From a bacterium (GTDB lineage: Bacteria; SM23-31), in the NCBI GenBank assembly GCA_965249485.1, contig OZ252239.1:3200001-3264000 (forward strand): a stretch of DNA of 64,000 bases. Direction: 5' to 3'. Position 1 is the first letter of the stretch; every line of letters starts with the position of its first letter. The position numbers and the translations under genes were made by a program. Positions 1 to 11,407 of this stretch are shown in pieces. Under the pieces are notes generated by a model. It saw only the letters and a list, made by a program, of their open reading frames with translations, did no database searches and was not told the DNA's origin.

Positions 1-1053
1 TTCATGAATTAGTTTTTTGGCTGCCTGGCATACCATGTCAGGTGTTATCAACTCCATGCATCGTTTTTTTCTGCATGGTCCTCCATTGCAATCCGGACAT
101 ACATTCATGTCCGGCACAAGCATATCTTTTTCTCTTCCATAGGCACCCCATCTCTGTGGAGATTCATGCCGGACAGGAGGATAGAGACCCAGAATCGGTG
201 TGCCAATTGTGTTCGCCACGTGTAAAACACCAGTACTTGGAGCCAGTAGCAGTGCTGCAGATCGCAAAAATGCCGCGAGGACAGGCAGTGGATATACCTC
301 TGGTAAAATTGACACTCCCGAACCGGCATGTTGATAAATATATTCTGCTAAATGTTTCTCTCCATGTCCCCAGGTTACGATAATTGGTATTTTTATTTCT
401 TCATTCATGAGTCTGCAGGCTTCTGCAAAATTTTTCAGCGGCCAGTCCATTGCCGATCCTCTGCTGCCCGGATGAACAACAATACATTGTTCATTTGTAC
501 TCAAACCAAGATTTTCAAAAATCTGTTGGGCAATTTTATCATCTTCTTTCGTAACAGAGAATTTAAATTGGGGAGTACTTACCGGTAAACCTACTGCTTT
601 AAGGAGATTAATATTGTATTCCGATTCGTGTTTATCAGAAATTTTGCGATGTTCATAATGCTTTCTATTAAACAACCAGGAGTAGAATCGGTAAGCAGTT
701 CCGATTCTGACCCGTATACCTGCACTCCACATGAGAAGTGCAAGCCTGAAGGTCGGATGGATCACAACTGCACAGTCAAAAGATTTGGATCGAAGTTCTT
801 TGCGTAGTTCTAAAAATGGCCTGACAATCCCCGATTCAGAATCGTAATTGATGATAGTATCGATGTCCGGATTACGTTCTCCTATTATTGCAGTTGCACG
901 GCTGCATAAAAGTGATATCCGGGCTTCCGGTACAATTGATTTAATCGAAGAAGCTACAGGAGTAGAGAGCATCACGTCACCGATTCGGTCTGTCCGAACC
1001 AATAAAAAGGTTCGAAGACTTTTATATTCCTGATTATCAGTTTTCATTTCCAT
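1..1053 (-). CDS. Glycosyltransferase family 9 (LPS heptosyltransferase-like), 3' end runs off the window
   Basis: Manual minus-strand translation gives MEMKTDNQ...LLVRTDRIGDVMLSTP...STGVLHVANTIGTP, both GT9 motifs. Absent from the ORF track, presumably because no stop lies in the window. Confidence 0.85.
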   Translation of the reverse strand, partial: MEMKTDNQEYKSLRTFLLVRTDRIGDVMLSTPVASSIKSIVPEARISLLCSRATAIIGERNPDIDTIINYDSESGIVRPFLELRKELRSKSFDCAVVIHPTFRLALLMWSAGIRVRIGTAYRFYSWLFNRKHYEHRKISDKHESEYNINLLKAVGLPVSTPQFKFSVTKEDDKIAQQIFENLGLSTNEQCIVVHPGSRGSAMDWPLKNFAEACRLMNEEIKIPIIVTWGHGEKHLAEYIYQHAGSGVSILPEVYPLPVLAAFLRSAALLLAPSTGVLHVANTIGTPILGLYPPVRHESPQRWGAYGREKDMLVPDMNVCPDCNGGPCRKKRCMELITPDMVCQAAKKLIHE

Positions 1054-1543
1054 ACTTTCCTTCAGCACCGCTTTGACTGTTATCCAGGAGTAGAATAGAT
1101 TTGATGCGCTCTATTTCCTTCTTAATACTCATAAAACACTCGTAGTATTCATCAGCATCACTGCCGATCGGGTCGTGAATGGTGTCATGTATCACTTCTT
1201 CTTTTTCCCGACCGAACCGCATCAGTAAATAGACTTTATCATAATATTTTGGATGATATGATAGAATATACTCAAGATGTTCCGGTGACATTGCGAGAAC
1301 AAGATCGGCTTCATTGAGCATCTCCTCGGTCAGCATTCTGGATGAATGTTTTGATAAATCGATGTCATGTTCTTCCGCTATAGTAATACTGTGTGATGAT
1401 GCCCGCAGTCCATCCGCAGCATGTGTTCCGGCAGAATGTATTGTCACACCAGCTTCTTTGAAACATTCCTTCAGTAGATATTCCGCCATTGGGCTTCTGC
1501 ACATGTTACCTGTACAGAGAAATAGTATAGTGTTGTAACGCAT
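1037..1543 (-). CDS. Low-molecular-weight protein tyrosine/arginine phosphatase
   Basis: CTGNMCRS P-loop (CX5R) and DPIG motif. Confidence 0.92.
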   Translation of the reverse strand: MRYNTILFLCTGNMCRSPMAEYLLKECFKEAGVTIHSAGTHAADGLRASSHSITIAEEHDIDLSKHSSRMLTEEMLNEADLVLAMSPEHLEYILSYHPKYYDKVYLLMRFGREKEEVIHDTIHDPIGSDADEYYECFMSIKKEIERIKSILLLDNSQSGAEGKYGNEN

Positions 1544-1594
1544 TATACTCTTTCGTTTCTTTTTACTTACCTGCGTGTGATTTTTATTACGGTA

Positions 1595-2245
1595 CTACAA
1601 TACAGCACAATCTATATCAAGAACATTCTCAATTTCGTTTTTGGTAACTGCTCCCTCCCGAAGAATCAAAGGTTCCTCATTAACAATTGAAATGACCGTT
1701 GAGGGGATAGTACCCTGTGTGATTCCCGCATCAAGAATTAATTCTGCAGATAAAAGGATTGCCGTATTTATGTATTCAATCGAACTGCATTCCGGATCAC
1801 CGGAGAGGTTTGCACTTGTTGTGGTAATAGGCTTCCCGAATGCTTCTCCCAACCGCAAACACAGATTATTATCCGGAATACGAATGCCTATAGTCGCATC
1901 CTTTTCCTGTAGTGCTTCAGCAACAGAAGTAGAAGCTTTTCCGACAATTGTGAGCGCTCCCGGCCAAAATGCTTGCATCAGTTGTTTTCCTATTGCTGAA
2001 ATTTCAGTTAGATAGTGTTGTGCTGATGCGACATTAGAAACCATAACCGAAATTGACTTGGACAAATCCCGCTTCTTTAATGCAAACAAACGTTGAATCG
2101 CCATGCTGTTTTCCGCATCGACACCAAGTCCGTAAACTGTATCAGTGGGATAAATTATCATTCCACCTTTTTTTAGGATATCTGTTGCTAACTTTATTTC
2201 ATCCTGCCGCAGATTTTCAGGATCGATGGATATTATCTGACTCAT
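1595..2245 (-). CDS. tsaC: L-threonylcarbamoyladenylate synthase (YrdC/Sua5)
   Basis: PTDTVYGL, KKR, WPGALT, TSANLSG and PSTV motifs. Confidence 0.93.
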   Translation of the reverse strand: MSQIISIDPENLRQDEIKLATDILKKGGMIIYPTDTVYGLGVDAENSMAIQRLFALKKRDLSKSISVMVSNVASAQHYLTEISAIGKQLMQAFWPGALTIVGKASTSVAEALQEKDATIGIRIPDNNLCLRLGEAFGKPITTTSANLSGDPECSSIEYINTAILLSAELILDAGITQGTIPSTVISIVNEEPLILREGAVTKNEIENVLDIDCAVL

Positions 2246-2284
2246 TAATACTAATTCATCGTTAAATTCACAAGTGAAGATATG

Positions 2285-3310
2285 TTAAGATTTTTGAATG
2301 ATTGAAAACACCTTATCAACAACCTCTTCAGAGCTAATATCCTCCATACAACGGAAATGTTTCTCGGGACATGATCCTGTTCCATGGATGCTGCATGGCC
2401 TACAGTAAATGTCTTTCGCAATAATGGTATGCTGATCACCCCAGGGAGAAAAACCAAATTCAGGCACAGTCGGCCCGAAGAGCGCAATAACATGTGTTCC
2501 AGAAGCAACAGCAAGATGCATCAGGCCATTATCGTTTGTGACCACAACACTTACTTTCTTCAGTGCCGCAGCTGATTCTCGCAAATGCAGTTTTCCGGCA
2601 GCATTGTGAGTGTTTTTTGTTCCTGCTGCACAAATTCTTTCACACATTGTTTGCTCCTCCGGTCCCCCAAAACAGACAATATGAGTATCAGAATTATTAG
2701 TCAATTGTGCAACAATCATTTTATATCGTTCTTCGCCCCACTGTTTTGTAAACCATTTCGAACCCGGTCCGATTCCGACAATGGTTTCTGAATCATTAAT
2801 ACCGGATTCTTGCAAAAACAGTTCAGCATTTTTTCTATCTTTGTTAGAATATTTAATGACCGGATCAGGTGGCACACCAGTAATATTCAACGGTTGGAGA
2901 AGTTTATGATTTCGCTCAATTTCATGCAGATGTTTTGTATATTCTATTTTGTGCGTAAAGAGTAGCGATCCTGAACTTGTCGCAAAGCCTATACGGACAG
3001 GAATCTCAGAAAACCGCGCAAGCAGTGCTGAACGGAGAGACCTATGCGGAATAACCGCTGCATCATACTTGTTCAGCGCAATCTGTTTTGATATTCGGAA
3101 AAAACCCCTCGTATTACTGTCCTTTCCTCTCTTGTCAAAAATATGCACATGTGTAATCCGTTCATCTTCTTCATAGAGAGGTGCAGCTTCCGGTTTGACA
3201 ACTAAATCGACTGTGTGGCCATCCCGGTGAAGAGACTCAATAAGAGGCGAGCACAGAATCGCATCACCAATAAACGCTGTCTGAATTATCAAAACATTCA
3301 TAATAAACAC
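2285..3310 (-). CDS. waaF: LPS heptosyltransferase II-like GT9
   Basis: IGDAIL, NDNGLMHLA, FGPT, CRPCS..CP..HFRCM motifs. Confidence 0.8.
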   Translation of the reverse strand: MFIMNVLIIQTAFIGDAILCSPLIESLHRDGHTVDLVVKPEAAPLYEEDERITHVHIFDKRGKDSNTRGFFRISKQIALNKYDAAVIPHRSLRSALLARFSEIPVRIGFATSSGSLLFTHKIEYTKHLHEIERNHKLLQPLNITGVPPDPVIKYSNKDRKNAELFLQESGINDSETIVGIGPGSKWFTKQWGEERYKMIVAQLTNNSDTHIVCFGGPEEQTMCERICAAGTKNTHNAAGKLHLRESAAALKKVSVVVTNDNGLMHLAVASGTHVIALFGPTVPEFGFSPWGDQHTIIAKDIYCRPCSIHGTGSCPEKHFRCMEDISSEEVVDKVFSIIQKS

Positions 3311-3336
3311 ATCATTGATTATCCGTGATTATCCAT

Positions 3337-4218
3337 TCAATGGTAAATTCCAGCTGTTTTCCACCGTTTGTGCATCCAGAAATACTGGTCCGGATACTGC
3401 CGAACATACGATTCAATTACTGAAGTATAACGCCTCGTTATTTCGCGAATTTTTTCATTTTTGTTTTCAGGAAGATTTTCATACGATATCGATTGAAATT
3501 CTGCCCGGTATGCCGTTCGTCCTGTCCGAATAATCATACTGACAAACATGGGTGCATTTGAGCGGACAGCAAGGATCGCTGGTCCTGCAGGTGTAGAAGA
3601 TTCGACACCGAAAAAGGGAACGAAGATTCCTTTCGATCCAGCATCCTGATCGGCAACAAGCCCAACCACTTTTTTTTGTGCAACCGATTTGGATACCATC
3701 CGGAATCCGTCCTTTACCTTTATAACACCAATCTTGTTTTTTGATCGCATGGAGTCCACAAGCTTTTCGACATGCGGATTTTTCATCGCTTTCACAACAA
3801 TATCGGTGGGGATGCCAGCACGTACAAATGATACTCCCATCAACTCGAATGAAGAAAAGTGGGCAGTCACTCCAATACACCCTTTATTTTGAGCCATCAA
3901 ATCATGTAAAAATCTGGGAGGGCTAAATTGCACTAATTTGTCGAGTTTATTCGGAGGTAAAGACGATAAACACAGATATTCCAGAAATGTCATGCCGAAA
4001 TTCCGGTATGTGTTCAGACAAATTTGTTGGATTTCTCGTTGAGATTTTTCAGGAAAGGCAGCTCGCAGATTGGTATGTGCAACACTACGTCGAATCGGAA
4101 TAACATAATGGATAAACCATCCAACACCTGAGCCGATTCTGCTGACAAGTGATAAGGGTAAAAGTTGTATTATAAATACTAATGTACGTGTTACAACATA
4201 TTCTAAGAGAAATTTCAC
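3337..4218 (-). CDS. Lipid A late acyltransferase (LpxL/HtrB family)
   Basis: H-x4-E, ADQD, VPFFG and PDQYFWMHKRWK motifs. Confidence 0.9.
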   Translation of the reverse strand: MKFLLEYVVTRTLVFIIQLLPLSLVSRIGSGVGWFIHYVIPIRRSVAHTNLRAAFPEKSQREIQQICLNTYRNFGMTFLEYLCLSSLPPNKLDKLVQFSPPRFLHDLMAQNKGCIGVTAHFSSFELMGVSFVRAGIPTDIVVKAMKNPHVEKLVDSMRSKNKIGVIKVKDGFRMVSKSVAQKKVVGLVADQDAGSKGIFVPFFGVESSTPAGPAILAVRSNAPMFVSMIIRTGRTAYRAEFQSISYENLPENKNEKIREITRRYTSVIESYVRQYPDQYFWMHKRWKTAGIYH

Positions 4219-4447
4219 TTCAGTGTGATGTTAATTTTCAAATTCCGTAGAAAACATTTAGTTCCGAACCCCCAAACGGTGCATAAGTATACATATTGAT
4301 GAAAGAAAATGCAAGCATAAAAACTGATCCGAACACTCTTACAATCTCTACTTTTCAAGGCATAAAAAATCTTTATATTTGGATGAATTCTTTGTATATT
4401 GTGTCCTTAATTTTAAAAGAGCTTTTTGTAGAAAGCGAAAAATTTTA

Positions 4448-5425
4448 ATGTATTTACGGCCAATTATCGCATGTGTAATTTTACTCTTCATATCCTGTTC
4501 AGACTCTAATATCAATCCCCTTGTCGGGCTGATTGACAGAGGAGATATTCAAGCTCCTGATCAGCTTGCGCAGCCTACACTTTCCGATGTCGGAAATGGT
4601 GAGATATCTGTATCGTGGCTTGCAAGTGATGCGCCCGATGTTGCAGGCTACCGACTTTCCCGCGCAGCAAATGAAGACAATCTATCCAAATTCGAAATAG
4701 TTTTCGACTCTCTTGCAATAGGTTTTCACGATATAAATCTCGTGTATACAACCGTTTATTATTACCGTGTATCTGCTTACGATTCCACCGGAAATGTGAG
4801 CGATTTGAGTAATGCTTCATCAGGGATACCACACAATACACTTCCTCCTTCAAATCCGGTAAATCTTATAACTTTTGGTCAAAACATCAGTTCACCTCTC
4901 GTTGAGTTGTCATGGGATAAAAATCCTGAAACTGATGTATCTACTTATTTAATTTACCGATCAATCGAAAACAACTTCACATCGGACAAATCGACATTTC
5001 TTGACTCGACAAGTACACCACTGTTCTTCGACACTGAAATCTCAGTTAACGTTCATTATTATTATGCCATCAAAGCTAAAGACAAAGGAGGATTGACAAG
5101 TAACGCTTCTGAAATTGATTCGGATATCGCACTATTGCAACCTGAATTATTGTCGCCGGTCAATGGCCTTCAAGTGCAGCCAATCACGTTTTTTACCTGG
5201 GAACCAGTCGAAAATGCCATTCAATATATGGTTTTTGTACAATCCTCAAGCGAAGAAGAAGAGCTTTGGACTGCATTAGTGGAAAACTCGCAAAATTCGA
5301 TACAATATAACGGAGAAACAGCATTAATATCAGGAACTGAGTACACTTGGAAAGTCGCTACTATTACAAAAGACCCGCAGAAATTGAATTCATTATCGTC
5401 TACAGAACGGTTTGCAATTCAATGA
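4448..5425 (+). CDS. Fibronectin type III domain lipoprotein
   Basis: Lipobox-like FISC; FN3 signatures (YYYRVSAYD, YYYAIKAKD). Start moved to the ATG at 4448. Confidence 0.75.
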   Translation: MYLRPIIACVILLFISCSDSNINPLVGLIDRGDIQAPDQLAQPTLSDVGNGEISVSWLASDAPDVAGYRLSRAANEDNLSKFEIVFDSLAIGFHDINLVYTTVYYYRVSAYDSTGNVSDLSNASSGIPHNTLPPSNPVNLITFGQNISSPLVELSWDKNPETDVSTYLIYRSIENNFTSDKSTFLDSTSTPLFFDTEISVNVHYYYAIKAKDKGGLTSNASEIDSDIALLQPELLSPVNGLQVQPITFFTWEPVENAIQYMVFVQSSSEEEELWTALVENSQNSIQYNGETALISGTEYTWKVATITKDPQKLNSLSSTERFAIQ

Positions 5426-5496
5426 TTGAAACGGCTGCTATTTCGAATGAAGACAAGACACCACATCAAATACTTTGCATACGGTTATAAATTCTG

Positions 5497-6870
5497 ATGA
5501 GTTCCCCACATGTACAATTCGAAGACACGCTACTCCGCGGCAATATAACCAAAAACATTGTTGTTCTCGCTCTCCCTATTATTACTGCACATTTTTTTGC
5601 AAATGCTTACTATATCATCGATATGATTTTTGTCGGCAGACTGGGTCCGGAAGCACTCGCTGCAGTCAGTATGGGCGGAACTCTGATGTCTCTTGCATGG
5701 ACACTTCTTGTTGGATTATCAATCGGGACTTCGTCTCTTACGGCACGGTATTACGGTTCTCAGAATGCGGAAATGGTTGAGAAAATTGCTTACCACTCAC
5801 TTCTTCTATCTTTTATTGTCTCTCTCTTTTTGGCAATTTTCGGAATTATCTGGACACCGGCACTGTTGAAATTGCTGGGAGGATCGGAAGAAGTCGTCAG
5901 GCTCGGAACAACCTACACAAGAATTGTTTTCAGCGGTGCCGGTGGATTGATATTCATGTTTATTATCAATTCACTGTTCAGGGGCAGCGGTGATGTTAAA
6001 ATACCGATGTACACACTCGGCATTTCATCTTTCCTCAATATAGCACTTGATCCTTTACTGATATTCGGAATCGGCCCCTTTCCGGAGCTTGGCATTAAAG
6101 GAGCTGCGATTGCTACGGTAATCGGTCAGGGTTCTGGAGCACTCTTCAGTTTATATATTCTGTTTAAAGGATTTTCCCGAATAAAACTTGCTCACATATT
6201 TTTCCCTATTGACACAAACACACTTAAATCAATTATCAACATTTCTATCCCCGGCTCTCTGCAAAACCTGACGTATTTTATCAGCGGAGTTATCCTCATG
6301 CGGCTGGTAGCCGCCTTCGGTACGGTCGCGGTCGCAGCGTATGGTATCGGAATTCGCCTCGACATTATGGTGATGCTGCCCGGCTGGGCGATCGGCGCAG
6401 CGGTCTCAACAATTCTTGGTCAGAATCTTGGCGCTAAACAACCCGACAGAGCAGAAAAGACCGGCTGGCACGGAGCAGGTTTGTACTTTCTATTACTGTT
6501 CGTTGTGTGCGGACTCCTCTGGCTTTTTGCTCCACAGGTTATTGCGTTTTTCAATGCTGATCCAACAGTCGTTTCAATCGGAGGGAGCTACATCCGAATT
6601 GTTGCGGTCGGTTATGTATTTCTTTCGACTGCACTTATCTTGAACATGGCGATGAACGGAGCAGGATATACCTTTGTTCCGATGCTGCTTATTGCAATAG
6701 CTCACCTCGGGATCCGTGTTCCCGCTGCATATTTATTTACCGGCACATTGGATATGGGTACAAAAGGAATCTGGCTTGCTATATCAGGGTCACTGATTTT
6801 ACAGGCTGTGCTAGCTGCAATCTGGTTCCGCCTTGGCCACTGGAAGCACAAAAAAGTATCACATGAGTAG
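5497..6870 (+). CDS. MATE family efflux transporter
   Basis: About 12 hydrophobic segments; NIALDPLLIFG, GAAIAT and GQNLGA motifs. Confidence 0.93.
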   Translation: MSSPHVQFEDTLLRGNITKNIVVLALPIITAHFFANAYYIIDMIFVGRLGPEALAAVSMGGTLMSLAWTLLVGLSIGTSSLTARYYGSQNAEMVEKIAYHSLLLSFIVSLFLAIFGIIWTPALLKLLGGSEEVVRLGTTYTRIVFSGAGGLIFMFIINSLFRGSGDVKIPMYTLGISSFLNIALDPLLIFGIGPFPELGIKGAAIATVIGQGSGALFSLYILFKGFSRIKLAHIFFPIDTNTLKSIINISIPGSLQNLTYFISGVILMRLVAAFGTVAVAAYGIGIRLDIMVMLPGWAIGAAVSTILGQNLGAKQPDRAEKTGWHGAGLYFLLLFVVCGLLWLFAPQVIAFFNADPTVVSIGGSYIRIVAVGYVFLSTALILNMAMNGAGYTFVPMLLIAIAHLGIRVPAAYLFTGTLDMGTKGIWLAISGSLILQAVLAAIWFRLGHWKHKKVSHE

Positions 6871-7091
6871 TTTTATTTATAAATAAATTAATCCTCCCTT
6901 AAATATTCCATAAAAAACAATATGTTTATGTATCAAATTCGGTTTTCCGATTTTAGAACTTGTTTGCTAAAAATATAGTATAAATTAAGCTTACCGAACG
7001 AAAATGCCGATATTTTTAGAGAAGTAGTACAAAGGAAATAATCTGTACAGGGAGGTAGTACACAATCATTCAATAAAACCGAGACAGATCT

Positions 7092-9740
7092 ATGCTGTCT
7101 GGCAGTGTGCGACATTCACTATATACTTCCGTTCTCTACGGAATTATCCTTGGATTGATTACATCTCTCTTTGCATGTAAAGGAGAAGAATCATTCCCAA
7201 TTCCAACACTTGTTGATGAAATTGCGGATAATACTGCGCCGAGTTTACCGTTTGAACCATTTCCTTCAGATAAGGCGACGAATGTATCTTGCACAACTAT
7301 ATTAACCTGGAACGCAACCGACGACGATAACGGAGAATTGAGCTTCGAAGTATTTTTTGGTCCTGATTCATCTGCCTTCAAAAATATCCTTGACATTTTC
7401 AGTACCACCGAAAAAACGTTCAAACTTAATCAAGCACTTACTCAAAATGTTGAATATTTTTGGAAAATCAATGTCCGCGACGAGATCGGTAACTGGACAT
7501 TTGGTAATGTTTGGTCTTTTACAACCGGCATTGAACTTACCAATCCTCCGTTTGTCACCATTCTTGCACCTGCAAATAATGCCGAATTTAACATAAATGA
7601 CCCTATTACGTTCAGAGCTTTAGTCACCGATATCGAAGACACTACTTTGTCTGGCAATGCCCTTGTATGGCAGTCGAATATTGACGGCACTGTCGGTCAA
7701 GACAGTTTTTTTGTGCACACTTCTCTAAGTGCCGGGATTCATACCATTACACTCACCGCTACCGACACTCACAACAAAACAACTTCAGAATCTATTGTAA
7801 TAGCGGTTGATGATACAACTGCAGATAATATTGCACCTTCGGCGACAATAGAATTCCCAAATAGTGGCTCTATATTCGGTGATGAAGATACCATTATGCT
7901 TAGGGGAATAGGACGGGATTTGGAGGATGGTGCATTAGCAGACGACAAATTGAGTTGGAATTCATCAATTGACAATTTTTTGGGAAACGGATCAGAACTT
8001 TCGACTCTATTAACGGAAGGCACACATACAGTAACACTCCAGGTTACCGACAGCGATGGACTTACCCATGAAACACAGATTCTGATTATTATTGACAGTT
8101 CAACAAACACACCACCGAATGCTCAGATTGATGAGCCCGATAACAACGCTTCATTTGCAGAAGGCGAAGACATAATCTTCCGCGGTTCTGCCACAGATCT
8201 TGAAGACAACCCTAACGATTTAACATACACCTGGTCAGCCGATGAATCAATCATTTTAGGCTCGGGATTTATAATAAATACTAACGAACTCAGCGTTGGA
8301 CAACATACAATCACATTGCTGGTCGAAGATCCAAGAGGGGCCAGCGACACTGAGCAGATAACCATCAACATTACACCAATCGGTGCAGGAAATCAATCCC
8401 CCACAGCTGAAATTCAGCAGCCGTCAAATGAGCAAGTAATTAATCAGGGAAATTTGGTTATTCTGCAGGGTTCGGGTACCGATCCGGAGGATGTGACCAT
8501 TCAGGGATTCCGTCTCAGTTGGTCTTCCGATATAAACGGAGTTCTCGGAACAGGACAATCGTTATTTATTGATTCACTTCAGCCAGGTAAACACACAATA
8601 ACGTTTACGGCACGAGACAGCGGCGGAAAAGAACATTCAACAAGTATCACTTTGTTTATAAACGGCACCACAAATTCTCCACCGGTAGCACGATTTGGTA
8701 TGGTGCAGACATTACCGCCGCCGGCTCCAAATACAGTTGAATTGAATCTCGACGCTGTTGGTATATATGATACACAAGATTCACCATCTCTTATGGTAGT
8801 AAAATGGGACTTTGATAATGACGGCATTTATGATACGCAGTTTTCTAGTATCAAAACTGCTGATTTTTCTTATACAGTCAGTGATGAGCCTCATTTCATC
8901 AGAATGATGGTTCGGGATAACGAAGGTTTGACCGATGAGGTGATTTTACTGGTTCCGGAGAAAATTTTCATTCCGGCATCTGACTTTAAAATGGGAGTTT
9001 CTTCAGGTTCAGAAATTGATGAACAACCCCAACATACAGTATCAATAAATGATTATTATATAGGACGGTTCGAGGTGACAAACTGGCAATTCGCACAATT
9101 TCTGACAGAAAATCCGTCAGATGGTACCGCTTATTATTCAAGCCAAATCTCCATCACCAATCCTGAATCAGGAGTATATCTTTCGTTACAAGGATCTGAA
9201 AATTTTCCTGTCCGGTATGTTGAGTGGAATGCTGCTCAGGCGTTTGCAGAATGGAATCAAGGACGTCTCCCGACTGAGGCAGAGTGGGAAAAAGCAGCAC
9301 GTGGAGGGCTGTTTCTCGAAGCAGGTAATTCAAATCCCAATCTTCTTCCGAGCAGACAGTATCCATGGGGAAACGGCGGTATCAGTCTTAATCATGCAAA
9401 TTATTTAATTGTGGGACGTCCGTTTGACGGATTGGCCCCGGTGGCTACCTATACTGGTCAAACAGTAAACTCAATTCAGACAATCAATAATGGCTCGCCT
9501 TATGGTGTGTATGATTTGCTCGGAAATATTGGCGAGTGGGTTTCTGACTGGTATCAGGCGGACTATTACAATAGTTCACCTGCATCAAATCCCTCAGGAC
9601 CAGCAAGCGGAACACTGAAAGTCATTCGAGGAGGATCGTTCGATAATGTTGAGAGTGATATCCTCATTAGTAGAAGATTTCAGGCCCTGCCGACGGCACG
9701 GCCCTATAACGTTGGAATACGATTCGCTCAATCACCTTAG
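7092..9740 (+). CDS. Lipoprotein with tandem PKD/Ig-like repeats and a C-terminal SUMF1/FGE-sulfatase domain
   Basis: LFAC lipobox; repeated D.ED...W.S...G.HTITL units; RLPTEAEWEKAARG, GNIGEW and RGGS motifs. Confidence 0.85.
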   Translation: MLSGSVRHSLYTSVLYGIILGLITSLFACKGEESFPIPTLVDEIADNTAPSLPFEPFPSDKATNVSCTTILTWNATDDDNGELSFEVFFGPDSSAFKNILDIFSTTEKTFKLNQALTQNVEYFWKINVRDEIGNWTFGNVWSFTTGIELTNPPFVTILAPANNAEFNINDPITFRALVTDIEDTTLSGNALVWQSNIDGTVGQDSFFVHTSLSAGIHTITLTATDTHNKTTSESIVIAVDDTTADNIAPSATIEFPNSGSIFGDEDTIMLRGIGRDLEDGALADDKLSWNSSIDNFLGNGSELSTLLTEGTHTVTLQVTDSDGLTHETQILIIIDSSTNTPPNAQIDEPDNNASFAEGEDIIFRGSATDLEDNPNDLTYTWSADESIILGSGFIINTNELSVGQHTITLLVEDPRGASDTEQITINITPIGAGNQSPTAEIQQPSNEQVINQGNLVILQGSGTDPEDVTIQGFRLSWSSDINGVLGTGQSLFIDSLQPGKHTITFTARDSGGKEHSTSITLFINGTTNSPPVARFGMVQTLPPPAPNTVELNLDAVGIYDTQDSPSLMVVKWDFDNDGIYDTQFSSIKTADFSYTVSDEPHFIRMMVRDNEGLTDEVILLVPEKIFIPASDFKMGVSSGSEIDEQPQHTVSINDYYIGRFEVTNWQFAQFLTENPSDGTAYYSSQISITNPESGVYLSLQGSENFPVRYVEWNAAQAFAEWNQGRLPTEAEWEKAARGGLFLEAGNSNPNLLPSRQYPWGNGGISLNHANYLIVGRPFDGLAPVATYTGQTVNSIQTINNGSPYGVYDLLGNIGEWVSDWYQADYYNSSPASNPSGPASGTLKVIRGGSFDNVESDILISRRFQALPTARPYNVGIRFAQSP

Positions 9741-9838
9741 TAATAACCTCGTGCAAAAAATTTCGGAATGAATCCGAAATGTGTTGATTCTTTCAAATTT
9801 CTTCCTACTTTTCCTACTCAACAATATTACTGAACTAT

Positions 9839-10276
9839 ATGGCACTCTTCGGATTAAAGAGAAAAAAAACGCAGTTTGAACGGTATGATGGTTTCCGGAC
9901 TAAAATAAATTATAGCTGCAAGGGTGAGCTCAAAAATGCTTTGTTTGATCTCCCTGAACCTATCAACCAACATTTTCTCGAGTATTTAAAACCTTTTGGT
10001 TATCCCATATTGATTGCGAGAAATCATTATGAAATCAGTAGAGAAAATTTCTTCAGATTAATGATTGTAATCGGTAGGAACAGCTTTCAAGCGAGGTTTA
10101 CAAAAAATTGTGATATCCGGGCAAAAGAACTGCTTATCCAACAGATTCAGCTGGCTCTCGGAGAACAACTACCCAGTGACCTGCCGACCCGCTGTCCCGA
10201 AAATGCGCTAAATGTTTCTGAAAACTATCTAAAAATTGATCTCACGAAATGTGCCTTTTGTTTAGAATGTGTATAA
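9839..10276 (+). CDS. Hypothetical protein with C-terminal ferredoxin-like Cys motif
   Basis: CPENAL...IDLTKCAFCLECV at the C-terminus. Confidence 0.6.
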   Translation: MALFGLKRKKTQFERYDGFRTKINYSCKGELKNALFDLPEPINQHFLEYLKPFGYPILIARNHYEISRENFFRLMIVIGRNSFQARFTKNCDIRAKELLIQQIQLALGEQLPSDLPTRCPENALNVSENYLKIDLTKCAFCLECV

Positions 10277-10325
10277 TACAACAATCTACGCACTCTACGA
10301 TCTTAAATCGCTTATTTTATCTCGC

Positions 10326-11319
10326 TTACACTTGTCGACTTTTCAATGCTGCTTCAACCATTTCTAACGATTTGTCCAACATAACATTATGAAAAAACCT
10401 CATTACCGGGATTGACAAGAGGATTAGTCGAAATACTGATGATTAGACCGGTTTCCGGTGCAGCAATATGTTCGACAGCGGTTCCAAACGGATTCATTAC
10501 CTCGGCAATGTCCTGATCTTTATAGACAAGATCACCCGGCTGTGTATGTACATGTAAAATACCTCCGGTTTGTGTAAGAACTGACCGGCTTTCCTGCACT
10601 ATTATCGAGTACTCTGGTTGTTTTATCTCTTGTTTCGTCATTCCAAGATAAGCTAAAATATTGAGGATCCCATCAACACCGCTTAAGGTAACATTTTCAT
10701 GAAACCTGAGGACTTCTCCTCCCGAATATACAATTGTCGGAATTCCTGAAATTGTGGCAGCATTCTGCAATGAATTGTCATTCGCAGGGGTGTCAATAAT
10801 AATTGAGGAGCCAAATGCTCGGGCTAATTGATGTACTTCTCAGTTGCTGAGATTTGCCTCTAAATGAGGTATTTCAAGCCGGTTTGCTTTCGGTGTGTGA
10901 ATATCGACACCAAAATCGCATTGAGATATTATTTCATCATAAAGAATCGACGCAATCCGCGACGCTGTTGATCCTTTTTTTATCCCAGGGAAACAATCAT
11001 TGAGGTCACGCCGGTCTACGATACTTCTGGTATTTGAATAAAATCCGAAAATATTAACGATCGGAACGCAATAGAGCGATCCGCTTAATTCTTGAGGATC
11101 AATGTGATGTATAAGTCTTCTGACAATCTCGATTCCATTAATCTCATCACCATGAACTGCGGCAGTGATAAACAGAGCCGGTCCGTCATGAATACCGTGA
11201 CTCACAATTACCGGTATATGGACAGGGTTATGGGTATAAAATTCACTTATTTTCAGACGGACTTCTGACTGTGAACCCCGCTTAACCGCTTCTCCGGCAA
11301 CGTAGAGAATGTGTTCCAT
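10326..11319 (-). pseudogene. Succinylglutamate desuccinylase/aspartoacylase (M14) family, disrupted
   Basis: HGDEING motif. An in-frame TGA at 10840-10842 joins ORFs 10840..11319 and 10387..10770. A probable frameshift in the 6-base run at 10392-10397 restores an FHNVML tail ending at 10326. Confidence 0.82.
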
Positions 11320-11407
11320 ATTCAGTAGAATTCAAAATGTTAAAAAACGATTCGTTTTTTACCGTAGTGTGTCATTAACCGGGCTCTGATATCTTTCAAA
11401 GGCTCAT

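Noticed and set aside
8950..9740. FGE/C-type-lectin-fold domain as a DGR target
   Set aside because: No template repeat or reverse transcriptase seen nearby.
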